DNA of 62,399 nucleotides, counting the filler, from Choristocarpus tenellus KU-1152 (taxonomy: Eukaryota > Protista > Phaeophyceae): the NCBI GenBank assembly GCA_964200185.2. It is 11 parts of 11 records of this genome, joined end to end, with 100 filler letters (N's around TTAATTAATTAA, not from the genome) between each part and the next. Parts side by side here need not be neighbours in the genome. Positions count along the whole stretch, not along the records: positions 8,184 to 13,651 come from CAXNAD020010688.1; positions 13,752 to 17,889 come from CAXNAD020016029.1; positions 17,990 to 22,235 come from CAXNAD020015504.1; positions 22,336 to 29,091 come from CAXNAD020007418.1; 7 more parts are not named here. One strand, written 5' to 3'. Positions within the stretch are counted from its first letter, which is position 1. Every line of letters starts with the position of its first letter. Positions 11,969 through 24,476 of the stretch are shown here, in pieces. Made by a program: the position numbers and the translations under genes. Under the pieces are notes generated by a model. That model was not told the DNA's origin. It made no database searches and saw nothing but the letters and a program-made list of their open reading frames with translations.

Positions 11969-13029
11969 CTGCGATTTATTTTATTTTTATTTTTATTTGA
12001 AGTCACAGCAGCGGGAGATGTTCAAAAGAAAAAGAAAAAACGTCAATCTCGAACACGACAGAGGGTTTAGGGTTAGGGTTGGGAATAAGTAATGACACAC
12101 CGTAACTGAACGCAGAGGAAGAGAAGATTCATTCATTGCCTAGAAAGAGACTCCGAATGCCCAATTCAGGGTTAGGGTTAAATCCGGAACAATATCTCGT
12201 GCCACGGAACGCAGCGGTTCAACCAATCGGAATAACCTATTAAAATAAGAAAATAAACATGTTTGGTGTTAACAGTTACAGTTTTTCTTTTATAAAAATC
12301 ACGACACAAAAAGACGAGCGCCACCTCTCAAGGGTTAGGGTTTCCGAGGTCACAGAAGAAGAGCCACACACATGCCATTATAATACGTCCCAAGTTGTCA
12401 CAATTAGTATACACAACTGCACGCCCTTCATTTTGTCCATGCCTTCGGATCTACCCGCTGAGACCTGTGGAGGCTTTGCATCGTCTGCCTCCCGGAGCCG
12501 CGTGCGACTCAGTAACATACGTGCGTTTTGCTCACGCACCACCTCGTGCGTTGACGGTTCAATTCCATTCGATTAACAAAGCTTTTCATGACTTTTCGCT
12601 GGGCCAGGTCCCTTACCATGTACACTGTTGGCCATACGGCCGCTGGCTGACCCGTAGCCCAGCCATGTTGAAACTGTCAATGGCCATGGACTTGACCATG
12701 TCCGAACTTGGATTGTACATGGCTTGCCAGCGGCCGCAGACATGTTGACTAGTGACAGCTATGAACTCGACTATGCTTTAACAATCAATCTATATGGCCG
12801 GCCAGGTTATTTATTTCCAAACACTCGGGTCGGCCACGCCATGGCCATGCATGCCTCCCTTTTTATCATTCACGCTACTTAATATCTTGTTAGCCATGCT
12901 ACTGTTGTTGGAGGTACTAAATACACTAAATGTAGAGACAATATTATTTCAAGCCTTACTATTTTAGAAAACATTACAAAATTAAAAATTGAATCCAGAT
13001 ACCTTAACGTTGTGCGTTAGGGTTAGGGT
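9987..13029 (+). repeat. Cluster of short interstitial telomere-like (TTAGGG)1.5-3 tracts
   Basis: Tracts near 9987, 10677, 11282, 11312, 11347, 11387, 11419, 12062, 12168, 12331 and 13017 on the + strand, and one CCCTAA tract near 11233. Confidence 0.8.
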
Positions 13030-13370
13030 GGCTGAGGCGATTTGTGACTTAAAGATGTATTTTGACACTAATTAAAAAAAGAAAAAAAAAGAATTAAGTA
13101 TGTCAATTTTTTTAAAATCCACTCATAAGTATGTTGCCGACATTATCTCTCTCTCTCACACACACACATAATATGTACTAGTACAGTACATACTCTTACT
13201 ACACATAAATGGACACCAGGAGAGTCGGTGTAAGAATTGAAAGACTGCAATCTACATGCACCTACTAGCGCAGTTTAACTCAATTACCTTTTAACACGTA
13301 CACATCTTGAACCATGGACTAGTACGGCACCTAGTGGACACAGTCCGGACATGAAAGTAGTTGCTTAGAA

Positions 13371-13651
13371 GACATGGACCGGTACCACCAATAGACAAGG
13401 TCCGAACATGTTACAGAATACTCGACCTGGTCCAGCCGGCAGACATGGACCGGTACCACCAATAGACATGGTCCGAACATGTTACAGAATACTCGACCTG
13501 GTCCAGCCGGCAGACATGGACCGGTACCACCACTGGACATGGTCCCCAAACATGTTACAGAATACTCGACCTGGTCCAGCCGGCAGACATGGACCGGTAC
13601 CACCAATAGACATGGTCCGAACATGTTACAGAATACTCGACCTGGTCCAGC
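13371..13651 (+). repeat. 71-bp minisatellite, about 4 near-identical copies, runs off the contig end
   Basis: Unit GACATGGACCGGTACCACCAATAGACATGGTCCGAACATGTTACAGAATACTCGACCTGGTCCAGCCGGCA starts at 13371, 13442, 13513 and 13586. Confidence 0.95.
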
Positions 13652-16624
13652 NNNNNNNNNNNNNNNNNNNNNNNNNNNNNNNNNNNNNNNNNNNNTTAAT
13701 TAATTAANNNNNNNNNNNNNNNNNNNNNNNNNNNNNNNNNNNNNNNNNNNNCCTGCTCCCCTCCACTCACCCCTTGGGCCTCTTCTTTGCTTCCTCTCCT
13801 ACCCTCTTGTATTGCATACAGGGTGTGCAGCAAGTGTACTTCTCCTTGAAGCAGTGGTGCAGTTCCTCAGACCAAGGCAAGGAAAACTGCAATCCATGTT
13901 GTCACCGGTCATAGGATACATAGGTGCGATGTCGTTCATGCAGGGGTGACCTCAACTGCCCTCTCCTTCCTTCCATGCTATGCCCTTCATACTGCTCCCT
14001 ACTCTCTCCCCTGTCCTTAGCACCTGCTTCATTGTCCCTGATTCAATTCCCCCCTTCCCCTCGATACCTGGTGCTTGTTGCCTACCTGTTGTGATTACTC
14101 CTTGTTTTGTGGTTGCCATAATTGTGGTGATCCTTGTGTGGAAGAGGGTTTGCTACAGAGGAATGGCGGTGGGAGCGATGTGGAAAGGCTTGAGGTGGAT
14201 GCCCGCCAACTGTCTCAGGTGCAATGATAAAAGCACAGTCAGGAGTAGATTGTATACAAGTTGTTGTTTTTGAGTGGCACTGTTTTGAGCACAATGCAAG
14301 TATGTAACTCAAACTATATATAATATGCAGGGGGAGGGGTGGGGGTTTGGCGAAGGGAGTTCATATGTTGTTGAGGATTCTGGGACAACTTTAAAGTGCT
14401 ATCAATAAGTACAGTACTAGTAGTATAGTTCCGTTGTGATGGTGTATTTTTGAATTATTGTTGTACCACATCTTGATTACCAGGGGGTGCATTGTGTTGG
14501 GATTTTGAGTTGACAAATAGGGTTAAGGTTAGGGGTAGGATCCATAGTTTGGCAGGATGTAGAGGATGGCCTGGGTGTGTGTGAGTTGGGGGGTGTAGGG
14601 AGGCAAGGCTATCGAGGATTAGGCTTGCTCACCGTTGGTTGGTAGCAGATTCAACAAATCAGTTAGGTCCTTACCGTTGAACTTCCTGGGCAATGTCTAC
14701 TCCTGCGACTAGCAAACGGTCACACAATGGAACCAAACTAGGCCCAGCCTGAGGGTACGTACCTTTTGTACGTACCTTTGCACGGTGTAAAAGCATCTAA
14801 TTGGAGTAAGAAATTAGCACGCCATCGCCATTAAATGGAATTGATTTGTTTGTCCCTCAAAGGAAAAACATCACATTACACATCTTGCAAGGTTGGGTAT
14901 TGCATTAATTCAGCCTTTGCATTTATGGGACAAAGGGGATGTGAGGTGATGAAGTCAAGAGCAGACCGTCTGATCCAGGACCCTGAACATCAGGCATAGA
15001 CATGACCTGCTCCCCACTCCCCCACTCCCCCCGAAAGCTACCTGCTGTGTGAGGCATTTTTACGAACAGCTGTAAAGATAGGTTTGCTTTTGTGCCCTTC
15101 GTATGCTCCACTGTCATCCTGATTGCGGAGTTTGGGGAGGGGGGAGGAAGGTGTGTACAGTATTGGCCCTCGGATCTCATGTAGACAAGGCACTGTTACT
15201 CTTGAAAGAGCCAATGGTGGATATAGGGTTTCTTGATTTATGGTGTTTGATGGGTCTTCCTCTCCCACACACTTAGGGAGAGCTGGTTCTTAGGCTCACA
15301 GTGAGCGAGTACTTTCTTGATCACACCTTTCTTCACTGCCCTCCTTTTCCCTCCCCCCTCCCCCCCCAATGGTACAAGGTTCTCCTTGAACAACACTCAA
15401 AGCTTCTCCGTGACGGTATGGGAGAGGTTGGAGACCGTTCTGTGGTCAGTGCTCTTTCACTTTTGAAGGGTGGGTTGTGGTGGGGCTTGCTGGGAGCCAT
15501 GGTGCTGTCTGGGCTTCTAGTTGTGGTACAGATGGAGATACAGGGAATGCTGACCAGTGGCGGCTTGATGTTGGGCATGGCACAGGTAGATTTTTTGTTG
15601 TTGTAATGTGTATATATGTGTGTGTGTGTGTGTGAGATACAATATTTTTGTAACAATTTTGTTGAGGCCGTGGCCATCCTTCCAGTGGGATTCAGATACA
15701 GCTGGGCCTTGTGTATATTCCTGCAGGGATTGCACTGTTTTCAATTCTGTAGAAATATCTTTTGGAAGGTAGAGTACATCATTGGTCAGTACTGTCTGTC
15801 TTTGGGGTTCTACACGAATGGATAGTGCTAAAAGGTGGTCTTGTGTTATCTCTTTCATAGTGTAAGGTGGGACATATGCCCAGGGCGTTTCATTCGGTTG
15901 GTCGTTTTACAGGGGTGTGTGGGCTGGTCTACAGACCGGACCATGAGAATACCTTACAGCCCAAGATTGGACCTTTCATAGTATCTGAAGCCGAGCAGAC
16001 CAACAGGCTAGACCTTTTGTTACATATGAAACCAGAGTGACCCACAGGCTGGACCCTTCACCAATGTGTGTGTGTGTGTGTGTGTTAGGTGTATTGGAGG
16101 AAAAGTACAAGCATGCATATACCTTGAAATGCTTATTGCACACAGAAAAGCAAAAGCATGTCATGTACACCACCATGTCTCTACTCCGCCCAACAAGTCC
16201 ATGATATGCTTCCTGACTCAGTTGTCTATTTTATCCTTTCCTTTGTTCTTCCCTTTATATCCCCCCTCCCATAAACATGGATGAGGTGTGCCCTTTTTTT
16301 GTGGATACTTAAGCACACCATGGTCGTAGACCTTTTTATTTTGTTATTTCCTTTCTCAAGGATTATTGAGTCCAGGCATCAACTGCATTATAGCGGGTCC
16401 CAGCTTTTGGGATGGAGTGCGCGCAGATGTCTTTGCCTTTCCATTTTTTTTATTGTTTTTTATTATTTTAATTTTTGAGTGAAAACGTTTCAGTTCTTCG
16501 TCTCTCTCAATGTATTGGTCAAATGAGGGCCTATGCACATCAACAGACTTGTATGAGGACTGATCTCGCCTTCTTGAGTCAGTGGACAAACAATTTCCTT
16601 GCCCTCCAACTCTGTTTTGCACAG

Positions 16625-16767
16625 GTTTGGCTTATTTACACAGGCTTGTTCAAGGGCCTCCGGTCATTGGATCAGCTCAAGGCACTCAGCCCAAGTGCTT
16701 CACGAGTTGAAGACATCTTGCTCAGTCATCAAGCAAGGGAGGGGTGGAAGGGGGCAGAGGATGTCAG
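16625..16767 (+). CDS. Possible isolated exon, unidentified
   Basis: Bounded by TTTTGCACAG and a perfect CAG/GTAAGT donor. Two frames are open and no family is recognised. Confidence 0.3.
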
Positions 16768-17104
16768 GTAAGTCTGTTAAATGTCTACTTTTTTTTGTCA
16801 CGAGAGCTGCAAACGCCTTACAATATATATAAAGCTCTTGAAGCAGCGTATCTGCCGTGAGAAAAAGGGGTACTGGATATGTCTTTCTCTATATTGTGTT
16901 GAAAATCACCATCTGTTGGTGTAGCACCGCTGTGCTCTATGCTGTGGTTATGATGCAGGAGAGTAAAGGCTCCCGTTGACCCTGAGGCATTATCTATAGG
17001 CCTAGAGCTCAGTAATACTACTGAGTATTGGATATATACCGGCCCATTCACTGGTCTGGCAAATGAAGCTGGTCCAGTCTGTGGGTCAGACCGATCCCGC
17101 AATT

Positions 17105-17320
17105 ATCTGACGTGTCCCAGTCCATGTCCACTGACCAGACTGGGTGTAACATTGTCTAACTTGTCTCAACCATATCTGTAAGGTAGTATGTCAGTCCATG
17201 TCTACCAGTCAGACCAGGTCTAATGTTTCTCTAACTTGTCTCAACCATGTCCACTGGTTGGTCTAGATTTTTGTGACATGACATGTCCAGACCATGTCCA
17301 GCATGTGTTATACTACTCCT
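17105..17320 (-). repeat. Diverged copies of the 71-bp minisatellite family
   Basis: CAGTCCATGTCTACCAGTCAGACCAGGTCTAATGTTTCTCTAACTTGTCTCAACCATGTCCACTGGTTGG aligns by eye to the reverse complement of the 13371 unit. Confidence 0.65.
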
Positions 17321-18055
17321 GGACCAGTTGTACTCAAACAGACCCAGATCCATGGTGGTAAACATAGAATTGATGGATTCATCAAGACAATATGACAGCG
17401 AGAGAAGATCAATGATGGTATGAACCATTGAACACATACCACCACCAGTATATATGTATGTATATATATATATATTGGTAGTATACCTTATTTCGCCACA
17501 CCAGTCCGCTGATCCCCCATGTAGTGTCTAGTTGGTGGGAACCTCTGGTCATTCCTCTTCAAAATAGTAGATGCAAAGTTGATTTTTTTTTCTACATATT
17601 TTTCCCTGCCAAGATTGCAGATAACTCCAAAACCCAATCATTGCCGATTACATCATTACCTGAGGTATACTGTAACTCTATTGAAGTCCAAATTGTAAGC
17701 AATAAATGATAAATTACCGTATTGAGAGATACAGAAAGAGAACGCAACCTGCTGCTGTTGCATTAATGTATTATTTAGAGTGACTGGGTCTGTGGGACGT
17801 GCTATGACATGGCCAACCTGTGTGTTAAACATATCATACCTGGCCAACCATAGGTGGAGTGACCTAACATGTTCGGCCCACCTAATAACNNNNNNNNNNN
17901 NNNNNNNNNNNNNNNNNNNNNNNNNNNNNNNNNTTAATTAATTAANNNNNNNNNNNNNNNNNNNNNNNNNNNNNNNNNNNNNNNNNNNNGTGGGTGGGTG
18001 GTGATTGTGTGTTGTTGTACGGGGGCGCGGGTGGGCGCGGTTTCCGGGGGTGGGT

Positions 18056-18103
<48 letters not shown>

Positions 18104-18545
18104 AGGAGGGTCTTGCCTTTTTTTGTCCATTTCAAGTAAGGACTTCAAGGAATGTAGTGCAGAAGCTTTTGGAATGGCACTGAGTAGTAATGAGGAAGTT
18201 GTATTCCTCTCCCTGAGGAGAGTCTTTGTTGAGTTGTGTTCCCCCAGCTATGTGTAAGTGTCCAAGTATGTTTGACAGTAGTGAGGGGATTGTACACACA
18301 GGCTGCAGCCAGCGTTCATTACCATGCTAATCTTGATTATAATATTATGGGGGGGTTTTCATAGCATTCCGTGGATTCTCAGCAAGGCTAGATGTCCTGT
18401 AGTCTCTGCCCCACCCCCCAAGAGACTGTTCCATTAGCCTTGACTTACCCGGCTGTGTGTGTGTGTGTGTGCATGTGTCTTTGATCTCATCCCTACATGC
18501 ATGCGGTTTGCTCGGCAGTCTTTCCATGCAATATCTGTCTCCCAG

Positions 18546-20315
18546 ATTCAAGGGGGATGTGGCAGAGACCTATGAGGAGTTGCAGGACTGCAGGCAGGAG
18601 GTGTACGCCAACCTAACTCCAGAAACCCTTCAAGAGGCATTCGTTTATTTCTTTGGGAGCAGAGAGAGGAGAACTGAGGTATCCTTGGTAAGTAGAGAGA
18701 GACCCGCGGTAGGTCCACAGGGAGGGAGGGAACAGATGCGAGGTGGAAGGCGTTTGAGGGCACTGACTGTGTTGAAGATGAAGACAGAAGTGTAGATGGT
18801 TGGCTCGCATTCTTAGTGTGTAGTATTGTATTGTGTTGTCTTCAGCTGTGTCAAGTTAGGTGTATTCAACCTGTTGGTCTCTATCGTCGTACGAACAATT
18901 AATTTTGGGTTTGGGTTGGACAGGATTTGGAACAGAGCTATCAAAATTAGGAGTTTTGTTCGCTTGGATTTTTTTTTTCTGAAACTTCTTTTTTAAAAGC
19001 CCAAGTTTGCACTATTCCTGGTGCGTAGAGCCTGTATGTAATGGACTCGCTCACCCTACGTCATACCACTGTAGACGACGTTGGAGCTCTGTGGACAATC
19101 TAAACAGCACAGCACTGCTGTTAATGAACAACCCTCTACCCCCATTTTTTATTTATTTCCTCTTCCCCTGGCCACGTGTTGCTGTCTCCACTTCAGGTCC
19201 CCCAAAACCGGTGGCTTGTGATTGGCCGTTACATCAGCTACAGTGCCCTTGTGGCCCTCGTAGCAGTTGGTGCAGTATCAGCTGTGAGATCAAGGGGGGG
19301 ACGAAGAGTATGAATGTCAACTATTTGCCACTTGCTCAGCTACCACACACACACGCACCCTCTCTGGCCCCAAGCATTTTTTTGCTCTAGAGTCTAGAGT
19401 ACTACTCCTGATGAGGAGTGTGTCTAGGTGCTGGGGAATATGGTTCTATCACAGCACAACATTTCAAATTTCACGTTCAACTTCAACCCCACTGTGAAAA
19501 GAGTCAGTCTGGCTTTGACTTCCTGACTGAGTTCATTCGAGGCCTTCCACAAAGTTGTGGATTGGCTCCGACCATAGACCCTAGATAGATATTGGGAGTG
19601 GGTTTGCAATGGGTGCTGCTGACTTGGGCAGCAGTGTGACCGCCGCCGTTGTCGGCACATGTGACCATTTTTAGTGTTGCAGATGGAAATTGTAGGATCT
19701 ATTATTGTTTGTAGTTCATGATGTTGAGCGTTTGATTCTCTTGAGCTTTTTAAAAGGGGGCTGTTGTGCTTCCTCCCAAAGGCTGTTGAGTGAGTTGTGT
19801 GCATCCTGTGCTGCTGTTTGTTTTGTGTTATTTTACCCTATTCTGGATTGTAACGTGTGGATTTGTGGTGGGGCATTAGATTTTGGTTGAAGTAGCTTTA
19901 CAGGGACAGGGGAGAAGACCCCTTGGATCATATTGTTTGCAGCTGTATTTGTTAATGCCATACTGGACAAGTCAGGGTGTCATGTTGGGTGTACGCAATG
20001 TCTTTGGTGATTTTGATAGGAAGGATGGTGGCTGGCATAATGATAAGCGTGTATAATAATAGTGTAGTTTGTGTGTTGTGTGTTGTGTGATGAACCCAAG
20101 CAATTGACCCAAGAAACTGGTTTGAGGTGCACTATCAGAGCAAGGGTACTGTTGTTGTGGTGAACGGTGTGCGTACAGACATAATTTTCATTGGTTCGCA
20201 CCACTCCATTCGCATTTATTACAGGGCCATCGCTCCCAATCCGTTCGTAGCATTTAGCTACATGATCGAGTACATCGAGAAGAAACGAAATAGGAAAGGA
20301 CGGAAACATCTTTAA
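18546..20315 (+). CDS. 3' exons of an unidentified protein with a hydrophobic (putative TM) segment
   Basis: Exon 18546-18678 (FKGDVAETYEELQDCRQEVYANLTPETLQEAFVYFFGSRERRTE) joins in phase to 19197-19307 (VPQNRWLVIGRYISYSALVALVAVGAVSAVRSRGGRR). A probable terminal exon ends at 20315 (AIAPNPFVAFSYMIEYIEKKRNRKGRKHL*), but its linkage is uncertain. Confidence 0.45.
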
Positions 20316-20999
20316 ATACTATACAATTACTACTATTAATACCACTCTGTACTATTGTAATATATATATATATATTATATATATATATATCGTATTTATC
20401 GTAGTGGTTTTGTCTACCTAATAGATGAACTCTCCAAGCAAAATGCTCCCTCCATTCGGAATTAAGTGCAACATAACTTTTGCGGGCTCTGTTCAGGGAA
20501 AGGAACGACCTACGTGATAAACCCTCTGGACGAGGCTTGGTTCTCGTATAGATTGGGAGGCGGGCAAATTATGAGATGGTAAACTCTCATGATTGTGGAA
20601 AATCACCAGTGCAAAGTCGACCAAGTCTCATTTGACAGGATTCAAAAACCTCACAAAACTGTCAAAGTGGGTGTTTACTGGGATGCCTAGGACAAAGGCC
20701 ACCTGTCGTTCCTGTGACTCCCTCATCCCATTGTTGCCCGATGGTCCCAATTCTTAGCCCAGAAGTCTGTCCAGGGTCCAGACTCAAACACCCTGACGAA
20801 TAAAGGCGCGATGCCTCGAGGAGAGAGGGTGCAAGACTTGAATGCCTCAGGGGGTAGCGGCAGCCATCATGGAAGACTTTGCCGAACCACTGTGTCCCAT
20901 CATGTGAAGGAGTATGGCAGCCAAACTGCACGGGGTGAATGCATGGACCTTATATGATGCCACAACTGATGATATGACCACCATCAGTATCCTCGAAGT

Positions 21000-21545
21000 T
21001 TGGGATGTCTCATCATCCTTCGCAAATGGTGGCCAAAGCTGAGGCCTCCCTTTCCTCAGTGTGGGATCTGTGCAAGCACAAGAAGGGGAAAAAGGTCAAG
21101 CGGCGGATTAACTCAGTCCTCTCAGACCAGCAGAAAGTCATCAGGGTGGGTTTGGTCATCAGATGTCACGCACAGGAGGGGAAGTGGGGTATTAGTAGAC
21201 GATCTATATGAGTGGGTGCAGATGGACGAGAAGTGGTCTTACATCCCCAAAGATGGGCAAGGTGTGTACCCCCCCAAACCCCCCACGGGCACAGAATAAG
21301 TGTTCAATTACGAAGGTCATGTTCCTTGCAGCTGTAGCCCGCCCTAGGAAACTCTCCAACAGGCTGTGGTTCAAGCGGGAAATCGGGATCTAGGCAATCA
21401 TACACTATGGTCGCTCAGCGCTCCAGTAAACTCCGCCCCAAGGGCACCAAGGTGCTTGTGATAGCCACGGTTGATGGGAAGGAGTATAAGAAGCTCATGA
21501 TTGAGGATGTCATTTTTGGGAACCAAGGCCTACATGCCTAGCAAT
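21000..21545 (+). pseudogene. Decayed mariner/Tc1 transposase (plant/oomycete-type mariner lineage)
   Basis: Across frameshifts and stops: VLSDQQKVIRV, YEWVQMDEKWSY, ITKVMFLAAVARPRK, FKREIGI*, AQRSSKLRPKGT, TVDGKEYKKLMIEDVI. These match the DEKWF / KVMFLAAVARPR / KIGIWP / RPKGT signatures of that lineage. Confidence 0.85.
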
Positions 21546-24476
21546 GACAACAATAATAGTAATAATAGTAAGTGTTGTATAGCCAGTGATATCCCGTCCC
21601 CAATTGATATTTTATTTCTTAGGACGTCATTAGCCAGGTAAGTAAGTTTCAAGGATTCCGTTAAGTAATAAAGTGAAAGTTTATGAAGTAATCTGAGTTT
21701 TGTGGGCGAAAGAATTCTGGATGGCTGAGGGCATAGGACAAGGGAGGGTAGAGAAAAGAAAAAGAAGCAAAGCAGGAAGAGAACGAATAGTTAAGAAATG
21801 ACTGACTAAGAGAGGGGGGAGAAAGGTTAAAAGAAATGAGTGGTAGGAAGAGGGATGGGGAAGGAATGATCAGTATCTGATAAATAAAAGGGCTGAGAAA
21901 CAGGGGTACAGGACGAGGAGGGCGAAAACAAGACAACCTCCGAGCAAGTTTTCCCACCCACCTACCCTGTTACTTGCTCACGACCAACGGGAACACTGGG
22001 AAAGGGGGGGGGAGGTCAAGTTTGGGCGGGGTAGATGTCTTCAGAACTAGCTCAAAGGCACGGTATGAAGTGGATCATGAAGGGGTGTTCTAGGATGATT
22101 GTGGAGTGGTGTTGAGCGGTGTAGGGTGAGTGGAGTGGTAACTGCTGTGGGGTTGAAGGATGGGGGGGGTGACTGGAAATCAGTGGCGAAGGGGTGAGAT
22201 GGGTTGGGCATCATACGGGGGGGGGGGGGGGGGCGNNNNNNNNNNNNNNNNNNNNNNNNNNNNNNNNNNNNNNNNNNNNTTAATTAATTAANNNNNNNNN
22301 NNNNNNNNNNNNNNNNNNNNNNNNNNNNNNNNNNNATTTTGGGTCAAACTCATCCTCCATAGTATGCTCCATCCTCAATTTTGGTGATCGGCTGTTAATA
22401 CTGAGTATAAAACATTTGATTGAACAAGTGTATAATATAATACTGCATGAAGCATCTTACTAGTAAGTATATAAAATACGGTTGACTATTCACATACAAT
22501 ATATAGAACCTTAATGCTAATATCGATTATCCTACTATTATTACCATATTATATACTGCTGCTATAAATAATGAGGAAAAGTACCTATATTAAGAAAGAG
22601 TGATGAATAACCTTGTAGTCAATCTTCCTCTTATCGGGAAGAAAAACATGATGTAAGTTTGTTGTGCAGACCATTCCATATTAACCACCCACAGATAACG
22701 ACATCCTTTATCTTTATCTCGGCATACGCCATACTAGCACCTACCAATCAGTAAGACAAAACATAATTGAATCAGGTGTACCTGTTTTCGACGCAGAAGA
22801 AATACAACAGTGGATAGAGTACGCATGGTGATGACCCACCACATTCTTGCAATGGCTGGGTCACACATACGTCAATCTGTTGGTGGGAGTCTATGTTCGC
22901 ACGCCTCAGCAACTTCTATTGTTCAACATGTGTGCAAAACTCTACCACAATCCTTTTCGCCATTGGTTAATTTATCCTTGTGTATTATTATGATTATTCC
23001 ACTGATCTTCTACCACTGTAAAGTTGAAAACACGACACATGGTATGGATGGATGGGTGAACTCTTAATCGCACTTCATCTTACGTGCCCTCTTTTCTCCG
23101 CACAATGTACGGTCAACACTGTTGTATACAAACTATCACAATAATACCCCAGAAAAACGATACGACCGGTTCACTTGGAGCCCAGCCTTTCGTGTGGAAC
23201 ACACACAGGTGTCACCACAGAAGATCGCCTTTCATTCGCTACAGCCACAACCGCTACTTGCACTACTAATCAAAGCTTTGAGAGACTAATTATTATTGTA
23301 GTCTTGACTTCAACTCCAACACAACATGGATCAGCCGAGGTGTATAATTGTAGATACGTAACACCCACTGCAAAACATCATAAAGTTACCACAACAACAA
23401 AAAACGACAACAACATATTACCACATCCAATGCAGACCATGGGTTTCACATCAGAAAGAAAGTGCTGACTCCACCCAAACCCGCCAAGTCTTCTTCTGTT
23501 CTCCTCACCCCCTCCTTCTGTGCAGATAACAACAAAAAAGGGGAGCAGGGACTTTTATATCCAAGGCAAAAATCCACCACATACTACCACCCCCCCCTCT
23601 CCCCCTGGCAAATCTCAAGGCTGTATTGTGTTTTGTCTTTTTTCTTTACCTAAAATAAATAAATTGATCTCAAAGCCAGAAAAAAACATGGCATGGAAAG
23701 GATCACAGCCGATCTATCCTGTTCTCTCTATCCTCACAGCATCATCCAAAAGTCCAGCCAGCAAGCGTGGGCTCAGCCAGGCATGGCGAAGGACTCCTCA
23801 GTTATAAGTCATCACCAGAACATCTTCATTCTCGCCAGTTGCGTAACCGATTCCTCTATCCCCACAGTTCATGCATGCCTTCTCCGTGAACACAAAAATC
23901 TGTCTACACCTAAGCAAGTCGCATTCATTAAGTTGCGGGCTCTCTTCTAGGGTTCTCTTCTATAGCCCCTCCCAGTCTATCAGAGGACTTGGTGAAGTGT
24001 GAATGCCTCCCTTAATAATCCTTCGTCATTCCACTGTTCCTCAAACCCTTGGCCCTTCATGTAGCAGGCACTAAATAACACCCCATCAACAGCTCAACAG
24101 TACTCTCTCCGGAAACAATTTCCGTCAATTTCCGTCAACGGTACCTCTACGGTCCAAGTTAAAAAAAAATGAAGCTCCAAAATCAGTAAACTAAGGTCTC
24201 CAGTTACACAGGAACAATCGAATCTCTACCATCGTCTGGGGGAAATGAAAGTACAAATCGGAGTGAGATAAGATGGTGAGTGAGATGGGGTTCGCACATG
24301 TACATCCATCTCCACCCACCACATCTCGACCAGATAGATGCTTTTGCACCATTGCCCAGCACAGACCCCTTGCACTCCCATCCCCCCACTCATCTCCAAT
24401 TCCCACCTCCTCTGCTCCCCTACACCTTCACCAACAGGCTTCATACCATACGCGAAAGTCAAGGGTCCTGGAACCC

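Noticed and set aside
13371-13651. 71-bp array as CRISPR or as coding repeats (ORFs 13331-13707)
   Set aside because: Units are contiguous with no unique spacers, and the ORFs are by-products of the repeat.
15300-15900. Overlapping ~100-aa ORFs, possibly a decayed retroelement
   Set aside because: No recognisable motif in any frame, and the region is interrupted by a (TG)n tract.
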